A stretch of DNA of 64,000 nucleotides from Eledone cirrhosa (Eukaryota): contig OZ024758.1 of NCBI GenBank assembly GCA_964016885.1, positions 22,320,001 through 22,384,000 on the forward strand, in the 5' to 3' direction. This document shows, in pieces, positions 1 to 13,486 of this stretch. Position 1 is the stretch's first letter; the number at the start of each line of letters is the position of its first letter. A program made the position numbers and the translations under genes. The notes beneath the pieces were generated by a model. It was not told where the DNA came from, ran no database searches, and saw only the letters and a list, made by a program, of their open reading frames with translations.

Positions 1-81
1 CACACAGTAATACAGAAGACCCGACCCCCCACAGGAACAAGCCAAAGCTAAAGCATATAGACAATATGCCCCCACATCCTC

Positions 82-359
82 CCACTGCAAAGTGGTCATG
101 GAGGTGCCACAGCAAAAAAGCACCCAGCCCACACTGTAAAGTGGACGTGTAGGGGCCACGGAAAAAAGCACCCAGCACTCACTGTAAATGAGGTTGGTGT
201 TAGGAAGGGCATCCAGCTGTAGAAATCAAGCCAGAATCAGTTCCCATATGAGCAAGACAAGGTCAACCGACTGGACACTGCCCACACAGGACAACCCGTC
301 TAACCCATGCTAGCGTGGAAGAACGGACGTAAAACGATGATGATGATGATGATGATGAT
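82..359 (+). mobile_element. SINE family A, 3' part with (GAT)n tail
   Basis: Matches the body of the full copy at 11439-11831 (gttggtgttaggaagggcatccagctgtagaaa ... ggacgtaaaacgatgatgat), with a variant tail. Confidence 0.8.
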
Positions 360-693
360 TTTCACAGTAAAGACTTTATTTCACATAATATCGAATCTTT
401 TGATATTATTTATGTTGAGAACAATACCTTAACATCAGTATGAGCAGCTGATTACAGCCAGTTTGAACAGAAAGAGGTGAGAAAATACTGGCCGGATATG
501 GCTAGTTTAAATGCTAAAGGGTTTAATACTAATAATAATTTTTACAATGACCTGACCATTAGAAAATATACTATAAACATTTAAATCAATAAACTCGATT
601 TATTTTTTAGCTGTATTGAAACATGCATAGAAATGTAAGAATAAATTATAATTTCTTATCCTTAACTTTTTTATATTTTTGAATTTAAACCCT

Positions 694-914
694 TTAACTC
701 TTTAGCATTTACATTATATTCACTATTGTATTTTCAGGGTAAAGGCTTTATCTCATATTTAGCTCAAATAATATCGATTCTATGAGATTTTGATGTTATT
801 TATTTTCATAACAATACCTTAACATCAGTATGAGTGGCCAGTTACAGCCAGTTTCAACAGAAGAAGTGAGAGAATTCTGGCCAGATATGGCCAGTTTAAA
901 TGCTAAAGGGTTAA
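694..914. mobile_element. piggyBac-like MITE (family C, about 220 bp)
   Basis: TTAA-CTCTTTAGCATT ... AATGCTAAAGGG-TTAA termini; other copies at 5569-5784, 16886-17217, 19943-20169, 54144-54365, 58166-58379. Confidence 0.75.
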
Positions 915-1046
915 GTATTTAAATCAGCTGTATCCAGCCAACATTTTTAATATATTTGATTTTAGTTTTATCAATTTAATGATATTTAGTATTTTCACCA
1001 GTCATCTTTTCACATAGAAATGTGAAGAAATAATATGTTTTATAAT

Positions 1047-1235
1047 AATTGTTTCTACTTTAGGCACAAGGCCAGCAATTACCCAGTGCATTACTGGTAC
1101 TTTATTTTATCGACCCCGTAAGGATGAAAGGCAAAGTCAACCTCGGCGGGATTTGAACTCGGATCGTAAAGGGACGTAACTATGCTGGAAAGCATGGCGT
1201 CCGACCCTCTACCGATACTGCCAATCCATCGCCCT
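1047..1235 (-). mobile_element. SINE family B (about 190 bp, tRNA-like head)
   Basis: B-box GAGTTCAAATCC and central gcctttcatccttacggggtcgataaaataaagtaccagt; roughly 20 full or partial copies in the window. Confidence 0.85.
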
Positions 1236-2169
1236 ATATGTTTTATAATAATAATCCTGAAGAAGATGATACTTATTAAATACAGCAACAAGCATCTTAA
1301 GGTCATGTTCCTTGCTAATTCAGGGGCTGGTTTTGTGAGCCACATGACAGCATGCCCTTTTTGGTGCTGACCCTTTTAGTCATATTTTTTGACATGCAGA
1401 GATACAGTGTACCTATTCTAAACCGGATACACACAGATAGCACTTATTAAATATAATGTGAAAACTTGTCATGAACATGAGTTTTCATATGTGATAGCTT
1501 TGAACTTCATAGCTACTCTTCTTATTTTTGTATTTCATGTTATCTGAACCTTAATAAAAGAGCAAATATGTTGTACAAATACTGTTGCAAATTAGTGATA
1601 TATTTGTACAAGAAATGTAAATGTAGAAAGTCACTGATAAGATAAATATTCTAGGTGACATTTCGATATCTGGTACAGGAAGATAAATGTGGTTGGTACC
1701 AAGTAAAACTATGTAAAGTAATCTAGCAGGATATCATGTTCATGGTTTGATTATAAGATATTAAGAAATTGTGGTTTTTAAATACTTTTACTCATCATCT
1801 TGTCTAATTTATGTAAACCTTTTGAAATTTTGGTCAACTGTAAAATGGTTGGCATTAGGCAGGGCATCCAGCCATAGAAATCTAGTCAGAAACAGTTCTA
1901 TATGAGCAAGACATGATCACCTGACTCGACTTGCCTCTAATGGAACAAACCCGTCTAAACTATGCTAGCGTGGAAAATAGACGTTAAATGATGATGATCA
2001 AACACTAAGTATGTATTTGTTAGTAGATTATAATTAGCAATTAAAACTAATTTTATGAGGACGAAATTAAAATTATGAATTTTAACTTTTTAATTTTTTT
2101 ATGAAAATAATACAACTGATGAATTTGTAGAAGAATTTGTAGAAATTAAAAGTGTTGTTTCATTTAGAC

Positions 2170-2470
2170 CTGGCATGGGCAACCTTTTTCGAGCGATGGG
2201 CCACATAAGATGTGGTTCATCATAAGGTGAGCAACACTACTAAGGAATTCAAGGCAATTTTGAAATTAGGCGTGCCATTCAGAAAGCCAAACAGGTCACA
2301 TGTGGCTTGTGGGCTTCTTCTTCTTATCGAGTCCACAACAGTGTCAGCTACAAAGCTTGGCTAGATGTGATTCTATCATAGCTGAATACATTGCTGTCCT
2401 TTCTCAGCAACAGTTATAAGTTTCAAAACAGGCTACATGTAGCTCATGGGCTGCAGTTTGCTCATGTCTG
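2170..2470. mobile_element. hAT (Charlie-like) MITE
   Basis: Imperfect TIRs CTGGCATGGGCAA / TTGCTCATGTCTG; 8-bp TSD atttagac/gtttagac. Confidence 0.65.
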
Positions 2471-2594
2471 GTTTAGACTATTTAAAGCAAAAATATAAGA
2501 ATGTTTGTTTTGACTAAGTCTATCCCACTTTAATTCTCTGGAACTGTTCTTTCTTCACATCTCTGTTGAATAGTAATTCTGTAGTAGAATTCTA

Positions 2595-4170
2595 ATATCT
2601 TTTCTTCTTGGCTGGTTTAACCCAGGCTACAGAGACAAAGTCCCTTCACCACAACCTTGAGGTCCTGGATGTAGTCCTGGCCAGTGTCTTTGATCAGGTT
2701 GTCAATGTAAGTGTATTAGCATTTTCCTCTCCTTAGAATTCCTTGAAATCAGTTCCAAAGGACTAACTTGGAGGCGTCCAGTTGAGGGGGTTGCACACAA
2801 TGACCAGATATGCAGAGCCTTCTTTGCTTGATCTTTTCGCTGATTTTTGGCAGGTCTGCATAAAGGCATCTATTTGTCATATGTTGCTGCCATTTTACAT
2901 TAAAAACCATTTGTAGCATCCTTGTGTAGAGCCATTTGTAGCATCCTTGTGTAGAGCCATTTGTAGCATCCTTGTGTAGAGCCATTTGTAGCATCCTTGT
3001 GTAGAGCCATTTGTAGCATCCTTGTGTAGAGCCATTTGTAGCATCCTTGTGTAGAGCCATTTGTAGCATCCTTGTGTAGGGCCATTTGTAGCATCCTTGT
3101 GTAGAGCCATTTGTAGCATCCTTGTGTAGAGCCATTTGTAGCATCCTTGTGTAGAGCCATTTGTAGCATCCTTGTGTAGAGCCATTTGTAGCATCCTTGT
3201 GTAGAGCCATTTGTAGCATCCTTGTGTAGAGCCATTTGTAGCATCCTTGTGTAGAGCCATTTGTAGCATCCTTGTGTAGAGCCATTTGTAGCATCCTTGT
3301 GTAGAGCCATTTGTAGCATCCTTGTGTAGAGCCATTTGTAGCATCCTTGTGTAGAGCCATTTGTAGCATCCTTGTGTAGAGCCATTTGTAGCATCCTTGT
3401 GTAGAGCCATTTGTAGCATCCTTGTGTAGAGCCATTTGTAGCATCCTTGTGTAGAGCCATTTGTAGCATCCTTGTGTAGGGCCATTTGTAGCATCCTTGT
3501 GTAGAGCCATTTGTAGCATCCTTGTGTAGAGCCATTTGTAGCATCCTTGTGTAGAGCCATTTGTAGCATCCTTGTGTAGAGCCATTTGTAGCATCCTTGT
3601 GTAGAGCCATTTGTAGCATCCTTGTGTAGAGCCATTTGTAGCATCCTTGTGTAGAGCCATTTGTAGCATCCTTGTGTAGAGCCATTTGTAGCATCCTTGT
3701 GTAGAGCCATTTGTAGCATCCTTGTGTAGAGCCATTTGTAGCATCCTTGTGTAGGGCCATTTGTAGCATCCTTGTGTAGAGCCATTTGTAGCATCCTTGT
3801 GTAGAGCCATTTGTAGCATCCTTGTGTAGAGCCATTTGTAGCATCCTTGTGTAGAGCCATTTGTAGCATCCTTGTGTAGAGCCATTTGTAGCATCCTTGT
3901 GTAGAGCCATTTGTAGCATCCTTGTGTAGGGCCATTCGTAGCATCCTTGTGTAGAGCCATTCGTAGCATCCTTGTGTAGGGCCATTCGTAGCATCCTTGT
4001 GTAGAGCCATTCGTAGCATCCTTGTGTAGGGCCATTCGTAGCATCCTTGTGTAGAGCAATTCGTAGCATCCTTGTGTAGAGCAATTCGTAGCATCCTTGT
4101 GTAGCAGTTACTTAGCCCACTTTTTAATTTCTCAGTCAGTCTCCATGTTTCACTGCCATACAAATAACAT
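2595..4170 (-). mobile_element. Decayed RTE-clade LINE 3' fragment interrupted by a 25-bp array
   Basis: Translation LYGSETWRLT..CYTRMLR..NVKWQQHMTN..LY.DLPKISEKIKQRRL..GHC..LVLW..YIDNLIKDTG is typical of the region downstream of the RT in RTE elements; in-frame stops. Confidence 0.85.
2907..4106. repeat. Minisatellite, 25-bp unit gccatttgtagcatccttgtgtaga, about 48 copies
   Basis: Directly visible near-perfect tandem array. Confidence 0.97.
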
Positions 4171-4430
4171 ACTCTCATTTCATTTCATCAAATTATCTGT
4201 TAGGAAATCTTATTGTTATAATTTATTTATTTATTTCTTCTCTGTTTCTTCCCTATGACTTATTATGGAAAAACAGACATAAAATGATACATCATCATCA
4301 TTTTTTTTTCCACTATCCATGCTGGTATGTGTTGGACATTTTATGACAGTCCGGAACTTGACTGGAAAAGTGACCTAAAATGGTGTTGCATCCTCATCAT
4401 GTTAGGTCCGGTTTCCAAACTATTTCACAG

Positions 4431-4506
4431 AGAAGAAACAAAACAAAATCAAGTAGAACAAGATTTCTCAACTGATAATTTCTCAACTGATAATTTGATG
4501 GATTGA
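4431..4506 (+). CDS. Possible short terminal exon (EETKQNQVEQDFSTDNFSTDNLMD*), unverified
   Basis: Acceptor-like tatttcacag, open frame to TGA, AATAAA at about 4527; no homology recognised. Confidence 0.15.
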
Positions 4507-4622
4507 AGTGGAGGATATGTTATTTGAATAAAACCAATAGCATTTCCAATCAACAGAGATGTGAACAACAACAGTTTCAGGAAACCAGCATGGAGTAGGT
4601 TGACTAAATGTATTATTTACTT

Positions 4623-4964
4623 ATCATCATCATCATCATCATTTTACGTCCGCTTTTCCCTGCTTGCAAGGGTGGGACGGAAACTGATTCTGGTTTGATT
4701 TCTACAGCTGGATGCCCTTCCTAACACCAACCTCATTTACAGTGAGTGCTGGGTGCTTTTTTGCCGTGGCACCTCCACGACCACTTTGCAGTGGAATGAT
4801 AGGGACCCCAGTCCCTATCATCTCATTTCTACAGCTGAGTAAACTGGAGCAAAGTGAAATAAAGTGTCTTGCTCAAGGAAACAACACATCACCCGGTCTG
4901 AGAATTGAACTCACAACCTATCGATTGCAAGGCCAATGCTCTAACTACTAAGCCATGTGCCTCC
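4623..4964 (-). mobile_element. SINE family A, full length
   Basis: tRNA-like head (A-box TGGCTTAGTAG, B-box GAGTTCAATTC), ccttgagcaagacacttta domain, (GAT)n tail. Confidence 0.9.
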
Positions 4965-5029
4965 TTATAGTTATTCTATTTATAAATCATGTGTTTATTA
5001 TCACTTGAACATCTCTTTTATGAGTAAAA

Positions 5030-5229
5030 AAACAACTGAAAAGAGACCCAGGGGTAGACCACGAGCAAGATGGTTGGATAACATCTATGAGCTTGGCTGG
5101 TCAGGATGGGGGATCCAGCCAGATCAGTTGGAGATGGTTGCTTCTGACAGGGCCCGCTGGAAAGAGTGTTTGAGGACTCTGCCCCCACGACCCACTCAAG
5201 AATATGTGGGTGAAGAAGAGTAAGAAGAT
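5030..5229 (+). mobile_element. RTE-clade LINE extreme 3' end
   Basis: KRPRGRPRARWLDNI...DRARWK motif and GAA-rich tail; relatives at 41495-41690(-), 57381-57630(-), 59429-59882(+). Confidence 0.8.
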
Positions 5230-6309
5230 ATCTCTTTTACTATACTAGCATAGAAAGAAATTGACTTGCTTTGTAGCATATTTCAATGCATTATCTCATG
5301 AAGCTTTGCTTTCTAAGGTCTAAAGTTTCACCATACTTTCTTTATTCAAGACATCCGGCTACATTACATTGCATGTCTTGTCATTTTTCTTGGCTGCAAT
5401 GACCAATATTTCCACTGTTTATGTATTTCTAGAACTTATATTCATTTAGCTTGTCTTAATTCTTTATATTCTGAAAAGGAAAATATATAATTGTAATTCA
5501 ATTTTCTGTCTCTTAACTCCCAGTATCCTGTAATAATTTAATAGAAAATATATATAAATCAAATCCATTTAACCTTTAGCTTTTACATTACTCTATATGT
5601 ACTATTGCATTTTCACAGCAAAGGCTTTATCTCACATAATATGAAATCTATGAGATTTTAATATTATTTAATTTGAGAACAATACCTTAACATCAGTATG
5701 AGCAGCTGGTGATGGACAGTTTGAACAGAAAGAGGTGGGAGAATTTTGGCCAGATATGGCTGGTTTTAAATGCTAAAGGGTTAAAACAGTTGGTTTAATT
5801 TCATAGAACCAGAGCTGGTTTTGAACATGTTGGTATCAAAAGAGATATTGAAAATTTCTAGTGTATAGTTTTACATTATGTTCATTGGTACTGAAAATGC
5901 TTGTTTTATCAAACAAAGCTATGCAGTAGTTTACTATCCTGATGTGGGATGAGTAAAGCTACTTGAGTAATAACCAGTTTCACTAACAAATAAAAAGGTG
6001 TATTTATTTAGAAAATTAAAACTGCTTGACTGCGCGTGACCTATGGTAAAATAGAGGATTGGTGATCACATGATGAACATCTGACGGTAACTATCTAAAC
6101 TAAACATGTTGGAATTTATTTAAAGATAAATAATTCTGTACAGAAACTTCATGTTTACATAAGTTTTAATGTATTATAGAGAGATGATGTAATGAGTCTA
6201 TGACATTTAAGTTTTTTTTTTCCCAAAAGATAATCTAGGCAAAACATTTCCAAGCTGGAAGCAAATCTGAGTCAGTGCATCTGAATCATAGAGTTTGTTA
6301 CTAAATATA

Positions 6310-6647
6310 TGGTATGGTATGGTGCCTGTAACTCCTGAGGGAGTCCTAGGGACGCCATATTGACATACAGCATTTCTTGGGCATTTTAAGCCTGGCGGAG
6401 CCCACCCCCCTCCAGGCCTGAGTACAGCAGATCTCTTACAAAGAAGGATAGGGAATGAGAGAATGAGAATGAGAAAGAGATATAGAGGAAGAATCAACCC
6501 TTGTACCCTTGACTGGTACTTTTTTTACCAACCTTGAAAGGATGAAAGGCAAAGTTGACCTCAGCAGGATTTGAACACAGAAAGCTGGAATGAATACCGC
6601 AAAGTATTCTATCTGATGTTCTAACAGCTCCGCCAATATGCCGCCTT
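6310..6647 (-). mobile_element. Long-tailed SINE related to family B
   Basis: Family-B-like head and central domain plus a distinct tail; copies at 45483-45810(-), 46178-46520(-), 48525-48880(+). Confidence 0.75.
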
Positions 6648-6816
6648 TCAAAATGATTGTATGTATGGTCTCGTAATTCCTGATAGAGTTGTAGAAATGC
6701 TGTATGTTAATACAGCATTTCTTGGGCATTTTTTAAGTCTGGAGGAGCCCATCTCCTCTCCAAGCCCACTAAATAATTAGGAATAGACAGAATATTTTAA
6801 AGGACAAAACAAAAAG

Positions 6817-6978
6817 TACTGTGTACTGGTCTGGGTATGATCAACTAAATCCATTCAAAGTGCTGCCACAGCATGGTCGCAGTCTAATGACTGGTTTATC
6901 CCAGTTATTAGACTGTGACCATGCTGGGGAAACACTTTGAATGGATTTAGTTGATCACACCCAGACCAGTACATAGTA
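6817..6978. repeat. Fold-back inverted repeat, 78-bp arms
   Basis: Arms 6817-6894 and 6901-6978 with about 7 differences; 6-nt spacer. Confidence 0.9.
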
Positions 6979-7931
6979 TTTCATGCTAGGTACTTTATGT
7001 TATTGATCTCTTTTTCTAACTTACAGGACATAAACAGACAGTAATCTATATTGGATCTTTATATTCTATATTCAAATCCCATCAAGTTCTCCAAGGTCAA
7101 TTTTGCCTTTCATCCTTCCAGGGTTGATAGAATAAAGTACCAGTAATGCACTGGATTCGATGTAATCGATTGCTGCCCTCACCGAAAATTGCTGGCTTTG
7201 TGCCTAAATTAGAAACCATTAATAACCTTAGGAGAAATTTCAATGTCCTACTTTTATGTTTCAAACCATCTCCTAATCTCAACTATACACATACATAGAA
7301 AGATATCATCAATAATATATCAAAAGATAAAAATAGAAGATATAATTTCATAGATAATGTTCAATAAAATATCATTGCTGAGAGCAGTTTTATAAACAAA
7401 TGTATTCCAATCATTAGAACAATATTTTAATTATACCAATTTCTAAATGTCTTAAATCAAGAATAAATATTCTCTAAAAATATTTTTCAACCACCATCTA
7501 TAAATAATTGTTTCTACTTTTGGCACAAGGCCAGCAATTACCCCAGTGTATTACTGGTACTTTATTTTATCGACCCTGTAAGGATGAAAGGCAAAGTTAA
7601 CCAACATCTATAAATAATGAATCTGATAAATGCGCAATTTTCATTTAACCCTTTTGTGATCATAACCCTTTCATGGTCATAACTCTTGTCATAACCCTTT
7701 TATGGTCATAACTGTTGTCATCATAACCCATTGCTTTATGGATGGAGCAAGCAATATTCAGGATTTCATAAATAAATATATACTTTACATAATATATAGG
7801 GGAGTTACTTAACTGCTAATTTTTTCATTTTTTTTTGGGGGGGGGGGGGGGGGTCCTCCACTATTGGTGAAATATTCTGATTACATTGAAATGCTCGTAG
7901 ATGTATAAATAAATTTGAATTATATATATAT

Positions 7932-8274
7932 ATCATCATCATCATTTCATTTTACGTCCGCTTTTTCCCTGCTTGCAAGGGTGGGACGGGAACTGATTCT
8001 GGCTGGATTTCTACAGCTGGATGCCCTTCCTAACACCAATCTCATTTTACAGTGAGTGCTGGGTGCTTTTTTGCCATGGCACCTCCCCGACCACTTTGCA
8101 GTGGAATGATAGGGACCCCAGTCCCTATCATCTCATTTCTACAGCTGAGTAAACTGGAGCAATGTGAAATAAAGTGTCTTGCTCAAGGAAACAACACATC
8201 ACCTGATCTGAAAATTGAACTCACAACCTTTTGATTGCAAGGCCAATGCTCTAACCACTAAGCCATGTGCCTCC
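7932..8274 (-). mobile_element. SINE family A, full length
   Basis: Near-identical to 4623-4964. Confidence 0.9.
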
Positions 8275-8930
8275 ATCTATATATATATATGTCTAACATG
8301 GACAAAAAGAAAAAAAAAAAATCGACCTAAAAACAACAGATACTGATATATGTGTGTATTGTGTGTATATATTTATGCTTACAACGCATATTTAACAACC
8401 AAGTTCTGTTTAGGTTCTGTAACTGGTTCTATCAACAGTCAGCAACATAAACTATGGAAGGAAATAAAAGATATAATTGAAAATTCCACGATAAATACAT
8501 TTATCATGAAATACTTCTGTTTTTTTAGAATATACATTCAATATCATGTTGAATATCTTTGAAATAACCTAATATGCCAACAACTTTAGTAATATGTGCC
8601 AAAATTAATATGACAGAGATGGAGGTTGTCTGGGCAAGAGATAAAGAAATCAATCTGTTCTATTTAGAAATTTAATCTTTACATTTAATAATGGAAGTAT
8701 TTAAAGGACGGAAATATTTTGTTTATTTAATCTCTAAATTTCAATGCTCAAAGTATTTATATTCCCAGCTATATCTTTTGATATCCTTCCAGTTAATCAA
8801 TGGGACCAGTGTTTGCCAGTTGTGCCAAAAACCAGACTTAAATCAAGCATTAGGGTTGATATGATCGACTAAACCTTTGAAGGTGGTTACATGGCCAGAG
8901 TCCAATAAATGAAACCAGTAGAGAAATAAA

Positions 8931-8976
<46 letters not shown>

Positions 8977-9180
8977 ATGTGTGTATACATATACACAGAA
9001 ACACAGGCACACATTATATAATATATAGTACACATGTATATGTTTATGTTTAATACATGCAGATACATTGCTGGCAAAGTACTTCAAAACTATAGTGGTT
9101 TAACACATGGAAAATAAGTCGATTGATATAATAATGAAAACCCTGCATATATAATATATGCATATCTGTGTATAAAAGAA

Positions 9181-9214
<34 letters not shown>

Positions 9215-9684
9215 CAAAGGAAATGTGGTAAGGAACCAGATGGACCATAACGCACTAAAGTACTCAATACTTCAATACTTAGGGTAGTAGAGTGGGTAAT
9301 AGGAACAAGTATGACATATATATACACACACACACACACACACAAGGTGAGCATAAAATCTTTCACTTTTTGTTTCATAGCTGACATTTTGTTATTGAAT
9401 ATTACAACTACTTCCTCTAGAAGAGAAAATGTAAAAACATGTTCAGAAAAACTTTAAACTTTAAATTTATAAATCAAAACAATTAAGCAAATAGTATTTG
9501 AGATATGTTATTTTATAATTGGGGAAAGACTTTATGCTCACCGTGTCTGTGTGTGTATATATATATATATATGAAAAAAAAAATAATATATATATATGTA
9601 AAAGGTAAACAGAAATAACAACATAATCGGTACAGTATATGGAAGGAATATATTAGGTTAACGCTTGAAATAGCAGGAAGAGGG

Positions 9685-9720
9685 TCTTAACGTTTTGGAC
9701 GCTAGTCCATCATCAGAAGA
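9685..9720 (-). ncRNA. Minimal type I hammerhead ribozyme, family C (GAAA mutated to AAAA)
   Basis: UCUU-CUGAUGA-U-GGAC-UAGC-GUCC-AAAA-CG-UU-AAGA within a ~225-bp element (9599-9822) abutting (TA)n. Confidence 0.6.
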
Positions 9721-10069
9721 AAGAATGAGAAATTAGAGAGATTGAAGGGATGGGCAGGTTGGAATTGGAAAAAATGTTTTTAGAGAAAAATAACAGGTCC
9801 ATTCATGTTGACATCTCTTGGAAAACTGTTGATACTGGCATTTATATATATATTAAGATAGATAGATTGAAGTTTCAGTTCAAAATATTTTATGTGTAAT
9901 CATGCATAACATGTTTCACAAATGACCAGCTCAAAGCTATAAACAGTTATATTCAACTCAACCATAGGAAATTGATCTCTTTTTCTTAATATAAACACTC
10001 TACATTTTAACTCCAATAACAAACAGATGTTGGTATTTATCTCCACTCTTAATACTAACTATCCAATTC

Positions 10070-10604
10070 ATGTAAAAACACGACAAAAAGCACCCCTCTA
10101 CACTGTAAAGTGCTCGTGTTGGTGACATGACAGGTAGTGCCCAGTCCACACTGTTAAATAGTTATGTAGGTGTCAGGACAAAAAGCACCCAGTTCAAATT
10201 ATAAAGAGGTCTTGTAAGTGATACCAACAAAAAATACCCAGCCTATCCTGTAATGTTCTCGTGTAGGTATCATGACAAAAAGTGCCCAGCCCACAGTGTT
10301 AAGTAGTCGTGTAGGTGTCATGACAAAAAGTGCCCAGCCCACAGTGTTAAGTAGTTGTGTAGGTGCCATGATAAAAAGTGCCCAGCCCACAGTGTTAAGT
10401 AGTCGTGTAGGTGCCATGATAAAAAGCATTCAGTACACACTGTAAATGTGGTTGGCATTAGGAAGGGCATTCAGCGATAGAAACCAAGCCAAAATCAGTT
10501 CTGTGTGAGCAAAACATGGTCCACCGACCTAACTTGTCTCACAACGGGACAGCTCGTCTAACCCATGCTAGCGTGGGAAGATGATATTAAACAATGATGA
10601 TGAT
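10070..10604 (+). mobile_element. Older SINE-A relative with internal ~57-bp tandem repeats
   Basis: Repeated aaaaagtgcccagcccacagtgttaagtagtcgtgtaggtg, then a family-A-type tail. Confidence 0.7.
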
Positions 10605-10743
10605 TTACATTTTGAAATTGGTGAAAATCAGCAAAATTTTGACCTCAAATATAAGCAAACTCCCATTTTACCATTGATTTTTTTTGTCACATATTTCTCA
10701 GCTGATATATGAATATATACAGTAGTATTACTTTTTCAACTGG

Positions 10744-10795
<52 letters not shown>

Positions 10796-10842
10796 ATTCA
10801 AAATATTAACAAAATAGATATTCTTGTGATCAAGTATCATTG

Positions 10843-11203
10843 CATCATCATCATCATCATCATCATTTCATTTTGCGTTCGCTTTTTCCCTGCTTGCAAG
10901 GGTGGGACGGGAACTGATTCTGTGATTCTGGCTTGATTTCTACAGCTGGATGCCCTTCCTAACACCAACCTCATTTTACAGTGAGTGCTGGGTGCTTTTT
11001 TGCTATGGCACCTCCACGACCACTTTGCAGTGGAATGATAGGGACCCCAGTCCCTATCATCTCATTTCTACAGCTGAGTAAACTGGAGCAATGTGAAATA
11101 AAGTGTCTTGCTCAAGGAAACAACACATCACCCGGTCTGAGAATTGAATTCACAACCTTTCGATTGCAAGGCCAATGCTCTAACCATTAAGCCATGTGCT
11201 TCC
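10843..11203 (-). mobile_element. SINE family A, full length
   Basis: Near-identical to other copies. Confidence 0.9.
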
Positions 11204-11438
11204 ATAGCATATTTTATTATATATATTTCAGAGGTACTGAGTTAACTTCAACAGTACGTCCTCATCAGATAAAATAAGATGATGCATGATATACCCTGAC
11301 ATAGTAGATGGTTAAGATTCAGTCATGGTAGTGAGTATTATATGACAAAACTCAATATTTATATACCTTAATATTGAAAACTCATTCTTTGATTTATTCA
11401 TTGAACCTTGTTTAACCTTTAAATATATATATATAAAT

Positions 11439-11831
11439 GGAGGCACATGGCTTAGTGGTTAGAGCATTGCCCTTGCAATCGAAAGGTTGCGAGTTCAATT
11501 CTCAGACCGGGTGATGTGTTGTTTCCTTGAGCAAGAGACTTTATTTCACATTGCTCCAGTTTACTCAGCTGTAGAAATGAGATGATAGGGACTGGGGTCC
11601 CTATCATTCCACTGCAAAGTGGTCGTGGAGGTGCCACGGCAAAAAAGCACCCAGCACTCACTGTAAAGTGGTCGTGGAGGTGCCACAGCAAAAAAGCACC
11701 CAGCCCACACTATAAATGAGGTTGGTGTTAGGAAGGGCATCCAGCTGTAGAAATCAAGCCAGAATCAGTTCCCGTCCCACCCTTGCAAGCAGGGAAAAGT
11801 GGACGTAAAATGAAATGATGATGAATGATGA
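11439..11831 (+). mobile_element. SINE family A, full length with an internal duplication
   Basis: Head ggaggcacatggcttagtggttagagc; tail ggacgtaaaatgaaatgatgatg. Confidence 0.9.
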
Positions 11832-11838
11832 CATACAT

Positions 11839-11916
<78 letters not shown>

Positions 11917-12309
11917 GTATGTATGTATGTATATATATATATTATGTATGTATATATATATATATATGTATGTTTATATATATATATATATGTATGTATG
12001 TATGTATTCAGAGATAGTGACCTAGATAGAGATAGGGAGATGGACAAATAGATATTCTTGGCAGAGAGTGCTGACTTCTGGTGTGAATGAAAACAATATA
12101 TTTGGTAGATTGTGAAGATTTGTTTGATAAAATATAAACACATACAAATCCATATACACACACACACATATATAATACAACGTATGTATGTGTGTGTATT
12201 TATATGTAATGTATAATACAAGCATATATATGTAATGCATGATATATGTGCATAGTACAGTACTGTAACATACAAAAGATGAGTGAATTGACATAACGAA
12301 AAATATTGC

Positions 12310-13110
12310 ATATATATATATATGCTATATATACATATATACTATATATACATATATATATATACATATATATATATATGCTATATATACATATATGCTA
12401 TATATACATATATATATATACATATATATATATACATATATGCTATATATACATATATATATATACATATATGCTATATATACATAAACATATATGCTAT
12501 ATATAAACATAAACATATATGCTATATATATACATAAACATATATGCTATATATAAACATAAACATATATGCTATATATATACATAAACATATATGCTAT
12601 ATATAAACATAAACATATATGCTATATATAAACATAAACATATATGCTATATATATACATAAACATATATGCTATATATATACATAAACATATATGCTAT
12701 ATATATACATAAACATATATGCTATATATAAATATATATATATATATGCTATATATAAATATATATACATATATGCTATATATAAATATATATACATATA
12801 TGCTATATATACATATACATATATGCTATATATACATATACATATATGCTATATATACATATACATATATGCTATATATACATATACATATATGCTATAT
12901 ATACATATACATATATGCTATATATACATATACATATATGCTATATATACATATATGCTATATATACATATATGCTATATATACATATACATATATGCTA
13001 TATATACATATATATACATATATCATATATATACATATATATACATATATGCTATATATACATATATATACATATATCATATATATATACATATACGCTA
13101 TATATACATA
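12310..13110. repeat. Interrupted (TA)n satellite (catatatgctatatata-type units)
   Basis: Directly visible. Confidence 0.95.
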
Positions 13111-13119
13111 TTGCTATTT

Positions 13120-13482
13120 ATCATCATCATCATCATTTTACGTTTACTTTTCCCTGCTTGCAAGGGTGGGACGGGAACTGATTCTGGCTTGATTTCTACA
13201 GCTGGATGCCCTTCCTAACACCAACCTCATTCACAGTGAGTGCTGGGTGCTTTTTTGCCGTGGCACCCCCACGACCACTTTGCAGTGGAATGATAGGGAC
13301 CACTTTGCAGTGGAATGATAGGGACCCCAGTCCTATCATCTCATTTCTACAGGTGAGTAAACTGGAGCAATGTGAAATAAAGTGTCTTGCTCAAGGAAAC
13401 AACACATCACCCAGTCTGAGAATTGAACTCACAACCTTTCGGTTGCAAGGCCAATGCTCTAACCACTAAGCCATGTGCCTCC
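13120..13482 (-). mobile_element. SINE family A, full length
   Basis: As other copies; short internal duplication at about 13273-13327. Confidence 0.9.
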
Positions 13483-13486
13483 ATTT

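Noticed and set aside
2907-4106. CRISPR-like regular repeat
   Set aside because: No unique spacers and no cas genes; eukaryotic context
2749-4178. Three 394-436 aa ORFs
   Set aside because: Artefact of a stop-free 25-bp unit within a decayed LINE; the flanks contain stops
11439-11511. tRNA gene
   Set aside because: tRNA-derived SINE head continuous with the SINE body; no proper acceptor stem or terminator
4712-13469. Recurrent 60-87 aa ORF (SAGCFFAVAPPRPLCSG...)
   Set aside because: Antisense frame of SINE family A, not a gene family
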